From a virus (taxonomy: Duplodnaviria > Caudoviricetes), in IMG/VR virus record IMGVR_UViG_3300014876_000012, positions 1 to 24,073 of that record: 24,073 nt of DNA; one strand, 5' to 3'. Positions 8,708 to 15,898 of the stretch are shown in pieces (positions within the stretch are counted from its first letter, which is position 1; each line of letters starts with the position of its first letter). A program made the translations under genes and the position numbers. The notes beneath the pieces were generated by a model, which saw nothing but the letters and a program-made list of their open reading frames with translations, ran no database searches and had not been told where the DNA came from.

Positions 8708-10822
8708 ATGGCTGGCGAGACCTTCGGCACTTTTCTGACGAGCGATGTCCTCACCGAGGCGTTGCCGGGGGCGGTGCAGGCCACCGATCGCCTCGCCGTG
8801 GTGCGCGCGGCCACGGCGTATTACGCCGAATATGCCGATCTGCTGGCGGTGACGCCGTTCTACACGCCGGCCACGGTAGACGGCTTTATCGCGTCGGACG
8901 GCGGCATCACCAGTGGCGACGCCACTTTTGTCTCGGCCAGCGCGGGGTTCGTGGCCGGCGATGTCGGCAAGCTGATCTCGATCCGCGAGGCCGGGGCTAA
9001 TTGGTTCCTTAACAGCGCCACCGTCAGCAACGGCGGAGCCGGGTTCGCGGTTGGCGATCTGGTGGATTTCGCCAACGGCGCGCAGGTTTACGTGGTCGAG
9101 GTTTCGGCTGGCGTGGTTGTGGAGTTCTACATCGTAAACCGAGGGAGCCAGTCGGACCCGCCGCCGGCCACCATCAGCCAAAGCGGGGCGAGCGTGCGGG
9201 CCGGGTCTCTCGTCCCTCCCGCGGTGCCGGTCGCAGGCGGTACCGGCCTGGTCCTCGCTACCGCCGCTCCCACTTGGATACGGGAAAATCTCGTAACCAC
9301 GATAGCCAGCGTCACCAACGCGACCACGGTAGAGCTTGCCCTCGCCGCGTCGGCGACGGTGGTCGGCGCAACGTGGGGGTGCGGGACGGATTACGGCCCG
9401 GCCATACAGGCGGCCCTTGACGCCGGCACTTTGGTATACCTCCCGCCCGGCATCGTTGGCCACGCACAAACGCTAACGATGCTTACCGGGAATGTCCTCA
9501 TCGGCACGGACATAGAAAATACGCAGCTGATGTGGCTCGGCGCCGCGGGCCAGCCGCAAATTTTCCTCGGTACTCAGGCCGCCGGGCGGGCCGACAACAT
9601 GCGCGTCGGGTATTTCACCCTCGACGGGCTCGGTGCGGCCAGCAAGGGCTACTACGCCCGCGCTGCGGCGGCCAGCCGGTGGCATCCGGTCGATATGAAA
9701 GGCCACACCACGGTCGGGATGGACATCCACGGCAACGACGCCGGCGTGGACAGCATCTTCAACGTTTTCGAGTCGTTCCGCACGAGCTACGAGACGGGAG
9801 ACCTGAACACCTACGGGATTTGGTGGGGGTTCCCCAATACTTACGACATCGAGAGCGACCACGACCTGTCCGTTTACCAGCACATCCAGATCAAGACGCT
9901 TGCGACTGCTACCGGCTTTATCGGCGGGTGCTCGGATCACAACACCGTGATCTACATGCAGGTCCGCTCCGGCACGAGTTCGCACAACCCGAGCAGCATC
10001 GACCTGCTCGGGGGAGATTGGGCGACAAGCGGCCATTGTCGGAACCATCAGTGGGTTGGCATGGACGCCGGCCAGGGCGGCCTCAAAATCCGCGCGACGG
10101 GGTGGGCGAACCCGGCAGAGGCGATCTTTATCGACTATTACGACCGCGGCAATGGCGGGGCGGATTATTCCGTCGAGGACGGGGCGCTTTACAGCCTCCG
10201 ATCCGGCACCCTCGGCGTCGATGGGTTCGTCCTGCGAGCGCGCGCATTCGCAAATCTGCCGACCGTGCCAGTAGGCGGCGTTTCGTACATTACGAACAGC
10301 AGCACCTCGGCTCCGGGGGCGATCGTCGGCGGTGCCGGCGCGTTCGCTGTGTTCGCTGGATACGACGGGACCTCCTGGCGGGTTTTGGCGCCGGTTGCGA
10401 GGCCAGCCAGTCTCAATCTAGCTCACCAATCTCCCGCCGGGACGACCAATACCGCGGCCTTCGAGATGATGGGCATGGGGGCGACGGCGACGATCACCCC
10501 AACGGCTACGGGGCGCCTCTGGGTGACGATCTGGGGTACTATGGAGAACACGGCCGCCACCTCCGGCTCGCGTGTGAGGCCGAAGTACGGGACTGGCGCA
10601 GCGCCGGTTAACGGGGCTGCCGAGACCGGCACGTCTCTTTGCACCAACTCGCCGGATGTCAAGTTTGACGGCGATACAGTCGCCCAGGCGGCTCCGTTTA
10701 GCGTATCCGGCGTCATTGACGTGACCGTGGGAGTTGCGGTGTGGGTCGACATTGCGATGCAGGCGCTAGTCGGCGGCACGGCCAGCGCGTCCGGCGTCTC
10801 GGTTCAGATTGTGGAGATATAG
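8708..10822 (+). CDS. Tailspike / receptor-binding protein with a pectate-lyase-like beta-helix
   Basis: TDYGPAIQAALDAGTLVYLPPG...L.G.....TQL is the typical cap of a right-handed beta-helix. Beta-helix-like rungs and a C-terminal beta-sandwich follow. Confidence 0.75.
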   Translation: MAGETFGTFLTSDVLTEALPGAVQATDRLAVVRAATAYYAEYADLLAVTPFYTPATVDGFIASDGGITSGDATFVSASAGFVAGDVGKLISIREAGANWFLNSATVSNGGAGFAVGDLVDFANGAQVYVVEVSAGVVVEFYIVNRGSQSDPPPATISQSGASVRAGSLVPPAVPVAGGTGLVLATAAPTWIRENLVTTIASVTNATTVELALAASATVVGATWGCGTDYGPAIQAALDAGTLVYLPPGIVGHAQTLTMLTGNVLIGTDIENTQLMWLGAAGQPQIFLGTQAAGRADNMRVGYFTLDGLGAASKGYYARAAAASRWHPVDMKGHTTVGMDIHGNDAGVDSIFNVFESFRTSYETGDLNTYGIWWGFPNTYDIESDHDLSVYQHIQIKTLATATGFIGGCSDHNTVIYMQVRSGTSSHNPSSIDLLGGDWATSGHCRNHQWVGMDAGQGGLKIRATGWANPAEAIFIDYYDRGNGGADYSVEDGALYSLRSGTLGVDGFVLRARAFANLPTVPVGGVSYITNSSTSAPGAIVGGAGAFAVFAGYDGTSWRVLAPVARPASLNLAHQSPAGTTNTAAFEMMGMGATATITPTATGRLWVTIWGTMENTAATSGSRVRPKYGTGAAPVNGAAETGTSLCTNSPDVKFDGDTVAQAAPFSVSGVIDVTVGVAVWVDIAMQALVGGTASASGVSVQIVEI

Positions 10823-10824
10823 GC

Positions 10825-12159
10825 ATGCGGGTGCCTCTCGCGTTTGCCGCGGCGCTGGCGGTCGTCCTGCCCGCCGCGGCGCAGGCGGCCTGCCCGCCGA
10901 TCCCCTTTATCTTCGCCCAGGGCGCGCCGTTCAACGCGACCCAGGTCAACGCGAATTTCACCAGCCTGCGCGACTGCTACAGCACATCTCTCAGCCCAGG
11001 GACGCCGCCCACGGTAGTCAATCATCCGGTGGTCTGGACGAATACGCTCGGCACCGGCATTGGCGACCCCGGCACGACGTGGACCTACGGCGGCTCGATC
11101 GTGCTCAACCCGGTGCCGGGCTCCCTCAATCAGGGCCTCAAGACCTCGCAGACTGTTGCCGGCACCGTCACGGCCGACACCTGGTACAACCAGTTCCTGA
11201 TCGCCAGCGACAACGTTAGCGGGGCGGAGACCAACCTGTTCGGCGGCGGCGTCTATCAGGTCTGCTGTGGCGCGGCCGCGCAGGGATACCGCTTCGCGCT
11301 CGGCGGCCGGCTGGATGTAACCAGCGCCTGGAGTTCATCTGACCCGGAGGCGGTCTTTGTGGGGGTGATCGGCAATGCCCGGGCAACCGTCAGCTCACCC
11401 AGCGTCGGGGCGCTGATCGCCGGCGGCAACTTCAACGTCGATGTCAGCAACAATGCCCAGAATTGGGCGACGGTCATCGGGGCGGAGACCGATGTTATCG
11501 TTCGGACCGGCACCGAGGCGCCGCAGACCAAGACGAACCAATCTCACGTCCTGGGGGCGCTCGATGCGGTAAACGCCTTCGGGTTCTCGGCTTGGCACCA
11601 TTACGTAAATGCCGGCACGACGAACGGCATGACGAATCTGTGGCTGCTTGATACGACGCTTGGTGGCGGGGAGATCGTCGAGTCGGTCGGCACGATCCTC
11701 AATGTCCGGGGCGCGATGACGGTGGCGGACGTGTTCAACCTCAACTCGCTGACCGTGACCGGCAGTGTCCTGTACGGCCCCGGTGGCAGCAGCATCATCA
11801 GCGGCGCCGGCGCGGGCCACTTCAACAGCACCCTTAGCGGCAACGGCAATATCGGGGCTGTCTACCCAACGTCGGCCGCGACCGGCTGGGCGCTCGGCAG
11901 TAACTTCTCGGCAGCGAACGCCGAGGTCAACCTGTGGAACACGTCCGACACCGGCCTCGGCTTCCACTTCAAGCAGAAGACCGGGGCGAGCGCCGCGTCC
12001 GACGTGTTCTGGATCAACAACACAACCGGCGGCAACAAGACGACCAACGTCAAGCTGATGCGGAAAGACGGCGCCGGGGTCATCACCTTTGTCGATGTCA
12101 CGGTCGATGCCAATGACAGCTGCGGCGCCGGCTTCTCCTGTCTGCGGGTGATAAATTGA
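10825..12159 (+). CDS. Fibre/spike-like protein with an N-terminal signal peptide
   Basis: ATG 10825 follows GGAG. Leader MRVPLAFAAALAVVLPAAAQA, then F..G....ATQVNANF, a common N-terminal anchor of phage spikes. G/T/N-rich beta content and six Cys. Confidence 0.75.
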   Translation: MRVPLAFAAALAVVLPAAAQAACPPIPFIFAQGAPFNATQVNANFTSLRDCYSTSLSPGTPPTVVNHPVVWTNTLGTGIGDPGTTWTYGGSIVLNPVPGSLNQGLKTSQTVAGTVTADTWYNQFLIASDNVSGAETNLFGGGVYQVCCGAAAQGYRFALGGRLDVTSAWSSSDPEAVFVGVIGNARATVSSPSVGALIAGGNFNVDVSNNAQNWATVIGAETDVIVRTGTEAPQTKTNQSHVLGALDAVNAFGFSAWHHYVNAGTTNGMTNLWLLDTTLGGGEIVESVGTILNVRGAMTVADVFNLNSLTVTGSVLYGPGGSSIISGAGAGHFNSTLSGNGNIGAVYPTSAATGWALGSNFSAANAEVNLWNTSDTGLGFHFKQKTGASAASDVFWINNTTGGNKTTNVKLMRKDGAGVITFVDVTVDANDSCGAGFSCLRVIN

Positions 12160-12443
12160 GAGCGATCCTGATCCTGGCGCTGCTGCTGCCCTTCGCGGCC
12201 CACGCCCAGACCGCCGACGAGAAGGCGACGCACGAGGCCTGCGACGAGCAGCGAAAGGTGGAGACGACGCCCAGGGGCGCGAAGCGGTTTGTGCCCGGCT
12301 ATAAGCCAGGCTGGGAGAAGTGCGAGGCTTTCGAGGCGGCCTACCAGCAGAAGCTGAGGGACGCGGCGAACGCGGCCAATGCCGGAGCGGCGGCCAAGAA
12401 GGCGGCGCGGGATTCGAAGGCTCAGGAGGAATTGAACAAGTGA
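12156..12443 (+). CDS. Small exported helical protein
   Basis: TTG start overlapping the previous stop. Leader MRAILILALLLPFAAHA with an AxA site, and two Cys in the mature part. Confidence 0.7.
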   Translation: MRAILILALLLPFAAHAQTADEKATHEACDEQRKVETTPRGAKRFVPGYKPGWEKCEAFEAAYQQKLRDAANAANAGAAAKKAARDSKAQEELNK

Positions 12444-12685
12444 ATGCGGTACGCATTGCGCGTTATGCGGTTATCGCGTTGTTCTTTCTTGCGTTTGCCT
12501 CTTTTCGGGCGCCCTCGCAGACAGTGGCTCCGGATCCGCGCATTGCCGGGCCGATGATCCAGGCGCTCCAGGCGCAGGTCGCGCTACAGCAGGCGATGAT
12601 GAAGGCGCAGGCCGAGGACGCCGAGGCGCAGAAAAAGACGCTATGGGATTGGTTGCTGTCGGCGCAGGCCGAGGCGAAAAAATAG
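12440..12685 (+). CDS. Small exported or membrane-anchored coiled-coil protein
   Basis: GTGA overlap and AGGAGG RBS. MNAVRIARYAVIALFFLAFASFRAPS is followed by a Q/A-rich helix. Confidence 0.7.
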   Translation: MNAVRIARYAVIALFFLAFASFRAPSQTVAPDPRIAGPMIQALQAQVALQQAMMKAQAEDAEAQKKTLWDWLLSAQAEAKK

Positions 12686-12700
12686 CGGGCCGAAGCCCGC
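12677..12700 (-). terminator. Rho-independent terminator on the minus strand
   Basis: The minus strand reads GCGGGC-TTCG-GCCCGC-TATTTTTT: a perfect 6-bp GC stem, a UUCG tetraloop and a U-tract. Confidence 0.8.
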
Positions 12701-12808
12701 CAAGTTCCCCTTAGTCGTGTCCGCTTCCCTGACGGGGTTGCTGACGCGCCATCGTTAGCACGTCCGCGCGGATCGTGATATAGCCGGATCGTCCTTTAGG
12801 AGGGGAAT

Positions 12809-13147
12809 ATGCGCGCACCGCTTCGTTACGCCGCCATCCTGGCCGTCGGCATCTTCCTCGGCACCGCCGCGGTGCAGCTTCACTCGGCCGGCATCCCCGG
12901 CCCGGCGGACCCGAGCCAGGTCATTCCGCAGGTCAACCAGTACCTGGCGAACCTGATTACCCGCTCCGGCACGACCAGCGAATTGCAGTTCTCCGGCTCT
13001 CAGTCATGGGCGGTGAACAGCACTGTCGCCACCACGATGACCTCGCTTGGCCCCCAGGGCGCCAGCACCACGGTCTCCCAGTGGCTGACGGTGGTCGACA
13101 ACCGGGGCCGCGTCGGGTTCATCCCCTGGTATCTCTACACGCCTTGA
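12809..13147 (+). CDS. Small Ser/Thr-rich protein with a signal peptide or N-terminal TM segment
   Basis: Strong RBS (AGGAGGGG) and leader MRAPLRYAAILAVGIFLGTAAVQLHSA. The mature part is S/T-rich with typical codon usage. Confidence 0.8.
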   Translation: MRAPLRYAAILAVGIFLGTAAVQLHSAGIPGPADPSQVIPQVNQYLANLITRSGTTSELQFSGSQSWAVNSTVATTMTSLGPQGASTTVSQWLTVVDNRGRVGFIPWYLYTP

Positions 13148-13954
13148 TAGCTCGGCGAGCAGCGTAAACAGGACGAGCCACATGGCCCAGGAGGCCGACA
13201 GGAACAATCCCGCTGTCCCCCAACAAGCGAGGATTGCCCTGTCGTCCTGGTTTGCAAGCCGCCAGCACGATACGCACAGCCAGATGGCAGCGGCAAGTCC
13301 GAGCGCGCCGGTGGCGACGAACCAGTCGAGCGGGACCGAGTAGAAATGGCCGACCGCGACCAGCCGGCCCTCGAGCGGCACGATATGCGAGACGCCGCCC
13401 AGGCCCCAGCCGGTCAGCGGTCGCTGAAGACCGACTGTCAGGCCGAGTTCCCATACCTGGAGGCGGGCCTCCGAGCGCTGGAGAGGTACCGCGCCGAGCA
13501 GCGCGAAGCCAGCGGCGCCAACCGCGATCCGGCGGGACCGGCGCCACAGGAGGACGGCGGCGCCAGCCCCAACGGCGAGCAGCGCGCCACGGCTCTGACT
13601 GAGGACGACCGCCAGCGCGTTCGCGCCGAGCGCCGCGTGCCCCATTATGGTGCCGCGTTCGCGCCACGCGACGAGCAGCATGACGGCGGCAAAGGCCCCG
13701 AGGTAGTTCGGGCTGCCGAATGGCCCAGGTGGCCGGGCCTGCCAGGGCAGTTGTACCAACGCGATCGCGCCGCATCCCACGCTGGCCCACAAGAGGACGG
13801 TCCAAATGCGGCTCGCGCGCCCCTCGGGGAGGAGCCGCAGAACCAGGAACCAGCAGACGAGCAGGAGGCACCCGGCGTATCCGTCGCCGGGGCCGCCGAG
13901 GCTGGCGATGCCGGCAGCGGCGGCGAGGGCTAGGACGGCTAGGGTGATCCGCAT
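13004..13954 (-). CDS. O-antigen ligase / O-oligosaccharyltransferase family (Wzy_C) polytopic membrane protein
   Basis: Multiple TM segments, with family motifs in the expected order: R..GPFGSPNYLG, LSQSRGALLA, ARLQVW......QRPLTGWGLG and H....LDWFVATGALGL. Confidence 0.85.
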   Translation of the reverse strand: MRITLAVLALAAAAGIASLGGPGDGYAGCLLLVCWFLVLRLLPEGRASRIWTVLLWASVGCGAIALVQLPWQARPPGPFGSPNYLGAFAAVMLLVAWRERGTIMGHAALGANALAVVLSQSRGALLAVGAGAAVLLWRRSRRIAVGAAGFALLGAVPLQRSEARLQVWELGLTVGLQRPLTGWGLGGVSHIVPLEGRLVAVGHFYSVPLDWFVATGALGLAAAIWLCVSCWRLANQDDRAILACWGTAGLFLSASWAMWLVLFTLLAELSRRVEIPGDEPDAAPVVDHRQPLGDRGAGALGAKRGHRGGDSAVHRP

Positions 13955-14030
13955 CGCTGGCAGGATGGCCTTCGTTGCTGGGAGCGTGGGTTTTCTGATT
14001 TACACACTGTGGCCGGATTGAGGTGTTGGA

Positions 14031-14492
14031 ATGGCGATCACGCTGGATCGAGGACCGCAGAACGTCGGCGATTTGCTGAGCCAACTGAATGTCTTGCGGA
14101 GGCAGATCAACGACCTCGGCGCGTTGGAGAGCTACAACAACGGCGAATATACCGGCTTTCAGTTCAACGATGCCGGTGGCGCTGGCATCGGCTTTCTGTC
14201 GAGCAATGGAACAATCACCGAGTTCGACCTGAGCCTGCCTGACGGCAGCGTCGCCGCGAGCTTCATCATGAACGCGGATGGCCTGATAATACAGGCCACC
14301 GTCCCAGTCTTCATCAACTACGGCCCAGGCGTCGCCTTCGCCGACCTGCCGGCTGCGAGCCTCGGGATTACGGCGCTCATCCTTGACAGCAACACGGCGA
14401 CCTGGGGCGCGACGATTGCCGGCGGCGGGGCCAACAAGGTGCTGGCGCTCTGCGGCGAGACCAACTGGAGCGTGGTCGGCAAGGTCAATTGA
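14031..14492 (+). CDS. Short fibre-like virion protein
   Basis: GAGGTG RBS and an N-terminal helix (LLSQLNVLRRQIND). The C-terminal module FADLPAA...DS.....GATIAGGGANKV.......W is common in phage fibres. Confidence 0.75.
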   Translation: MAITLDRGPQNVGDLLSQLNVLRRQINDLGALESYNNGEYTGFQFNDAGGAGIGFLSSNGTITEFDLSLPDGSVAASFIMNADGLIIQATVPVFINYGPGVAFADLPAASLGITALILDSNTATWGATIAGGGANKVLALCGETNWSVVGKVN

Positions 14493-14538
14493 CGTGAACG
14501 GACCGAGTGGGTTCGCGGGACTGATCGGGAGACGCAAA

Positions 14539-14697
14539 ATGCCGGCTGCCAGCGAGAAGCAGCGCCGCCTGATGGGAGCCGACCTCGCCCGCAAGCGCGC
14601 CGGCAAGAAGACCAAGACCGGCATGTCCGAGGCGCAGCTCAGGGACTTCGCCAAAAAGGTGCCGATTCAGCGCAAGGGGAGCGCCCGAAAGAAGTGA
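14539..14697 (+). CDS. Small basic protein, DUF3008-like
   Basis: GGGAG RBS. MPAASEKQRRLMGADLARKRAGKKTKTGMSEAQLRDFA matches the MPA.S..Q....GA.L..KR......MSE..L.DFA pattern. Confidence 0.75.
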   Translation: MPAASEKQRRLMGADLARKRAGKKTKTGMSEAQLRDFAKKVPIQRKGSARKK

Positions 14698-15230
14698 AGC
14701 TCGCTACCACCTTGCTGCTGGCTTGCCTCGCGTCCCCGGCTATGGCGCAGCACCTGCCTGACGTCACCGAGCCGATCGTGCCGCCCTTAAATGACGAGAT
14801 CAACCGGGTGCGCCGGGCGATCAACGAGGCGTCGGGGCGTATCGGGCAGAACAGCGCCGAATTGACTGCGCTCACCGGCGGCTGGTCGGCCGCGCCCGCC
14901 ACGCTGTCCTGCAATGCGGGGACGCTCACCTCGGCCACCGGCAACGTGCTCTCCAAGGTCATCGGCAAGACGGTGTTCCTGTCGGTGCAGATCCAGATCG
15001 CCACCAATGGCACCTGTGCCACCGCGATCAACGTGGCGCTGCCGGCGGAACTGGTTCCCGTGGCGCACAACGCTTTTGTGCTGCCGGGGACGCTGGTGGG
15101 CGGCTCGATGGCGCGCGGCTTGGTGCAGCTGACACCGAGCCCGCGCATCAACATCAGGTCGTTCAATAACGGCTATCCGGGCGGCTCCGGGGCCAATATC
15201 GTCATCAGCGGCGTCTATCAGACGCAATAG
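14694..15230 (+). CDS. Exported protein with a tail-fibre C-terminal-type beta domain
   Basis: GTGA overlap and leader MKLATTLLLACLASPAMA, then a helix. W....TL....GTLTSATG.....IGKTVF..V.I.I...GT......V.LP is typical of fibre tip domains. Confidence 0.8.
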   Translation: MKLATTLLLACLASPAMAQHLPDVTEPIVPPLNDEINRVRRAINEASGRIGQNSAELTALTGGWSAAPATLSCNAGTLTSATGNVLSKVIGKTVFLSVQIQIATNGTCATAINVALPAELVPVAHNAFVLPGTLVGGSMARGLVQLTPSPRINIRSFNNGYPGGSGANIVISGVYQTQ

Positions 15231-15248
15231 CCTCGAGGAGGCGGTGAG

Positions 15249-15680
15249 ATGTTCGATGGAGTGGGCGATCTGATGCAGTCGTTCGAGCGGGCTGATCGCC
15301 GGACGGTCTGGGCGCAGCGGGCTATCGTCGCCGGCATAGCGGCCGTGCTGTTCCTGTCGGTCTCGAATGCGCGGGCGCAATTGAGCGGGGCCTTCGTCAA
15401 CTGCTCGCAGACCGTCAGCACGGCGGCGGCGACCGTTCCGTTTCCCACCTCCGGCTCCGGTCCGTCCGCGCCGCAGGTCTATCTGCGCCTGTGCAACGCG
15501 CATGCTTCCAACACGCTGGGGGTCAATCCGCTGCCGGGCGGCACCGCGGCGATCGGCTCGGCCGGCACGCTGACCGTGGCGGCTGGCGGGTGCCTCCTGT
15601 TCGACGTGGCCCCGATCCCGCCGGTCATCAGCGTCATCGGTTCCGCCGCGAGCACGACGACGGCCTGCTGGTATCGGTAG
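15249..15680 (+). CDS. Exported small beta-sandwich protein, virion decoration-like
   Basis: GAGGAGG RBS and a hydrophobic stretch ending SNARA|Q. The mature domain is T/A/S/G-rich with four Cys. Confidence 0.8.
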   Translation: MFDGVGDLMQSFERADRRTVWAQRAIVAGIAAVLFLSVSNARAQLSGAFVNCSQTVSTAAATVPFPTSGSGPSAPQVYLRLCNAHASNTLGVNPLPGGTAAIGSAGTLTVAAGGCLLFDVAPIPPVISVIGSAASTTTACWYR

Positions 15681-15682
15681 CG

Positions 15683-15895
15683 ATGGCAGAGGACATCGGT
15701 GCTTGGGTGGCGATCGCCTGGCAGGCGTCTATGGTGCTCGGCGTGCTGGTCAGCGTGACGATCCAGGTTATTACATTCCGCCGGCTGCATATCGTCGTGG
15801 AGCAGACCAACGGCATGTCGCATCTCCTGGAGCAGTTGGCCGGACAGGCCGGCGAGACGCGCGGGCGCGAGCAGGCCAAGCGCGAGAGGGATTAG
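15683..15895 (+). CDS. Small single-TM membrane protein, holin-like candidate
   Basis: ATG 2 nt after the previous stop. MAEDIGAWVAIAWQASMVLGVLVSVTIQVITF with a charged C-terminus. Confidence 0.65.
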   Translation: MAEDIGAWVAIAWQASMVLGVLVSVTIQVITFRRLHIVVEQTNGMSHLLEQLAGQAGETRGREQAKRERD

Positions 15896-15898
15896 GTA

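Noticed and set aside
12156-12685. Rz/Rz1 spanin pair
   Set aside because: Neither ORF has a lipobox Cys or a Pro-rich o-spanin sequence, and no endolysin is adjacent.
13346-13933. 195-aa plus-strand ORF that would keep the operon co-directional
   Set aside because: Its composition is what the antisense of a hydrophobic gene yields, and the minus frame has ordered Wzy_C motifs.
14489-14520. TTGACG as a -35 box before the DUF3008-like gene
   Set aside because: No plausible -10 element at 16-18 nt spacing.
13119-14654. 511-aa minus-strand ORF
   Set aside because: Arg/Pro-rich off-frame product overlapping better-supported genes.
14694-14750. Lipoprotein signal (LLAC)
   Set aside because: The Cys at position 11 is early, and a good signal peptidase I site (AMA|Q) follows.
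3920-15230. Diversity-generating retroelement or invertible fibre cassette
   Set aside because: No reverse transcriptase, invertase or near-identical nucleotide repeat pair was seen. The repeats are diverged and visible only at protein level.
15294-15320. Tat motif in DRRTVW
   Set aside because: Poor match to S/T-R-R-x-F-L-K, so it cannot be supported without a predictor.
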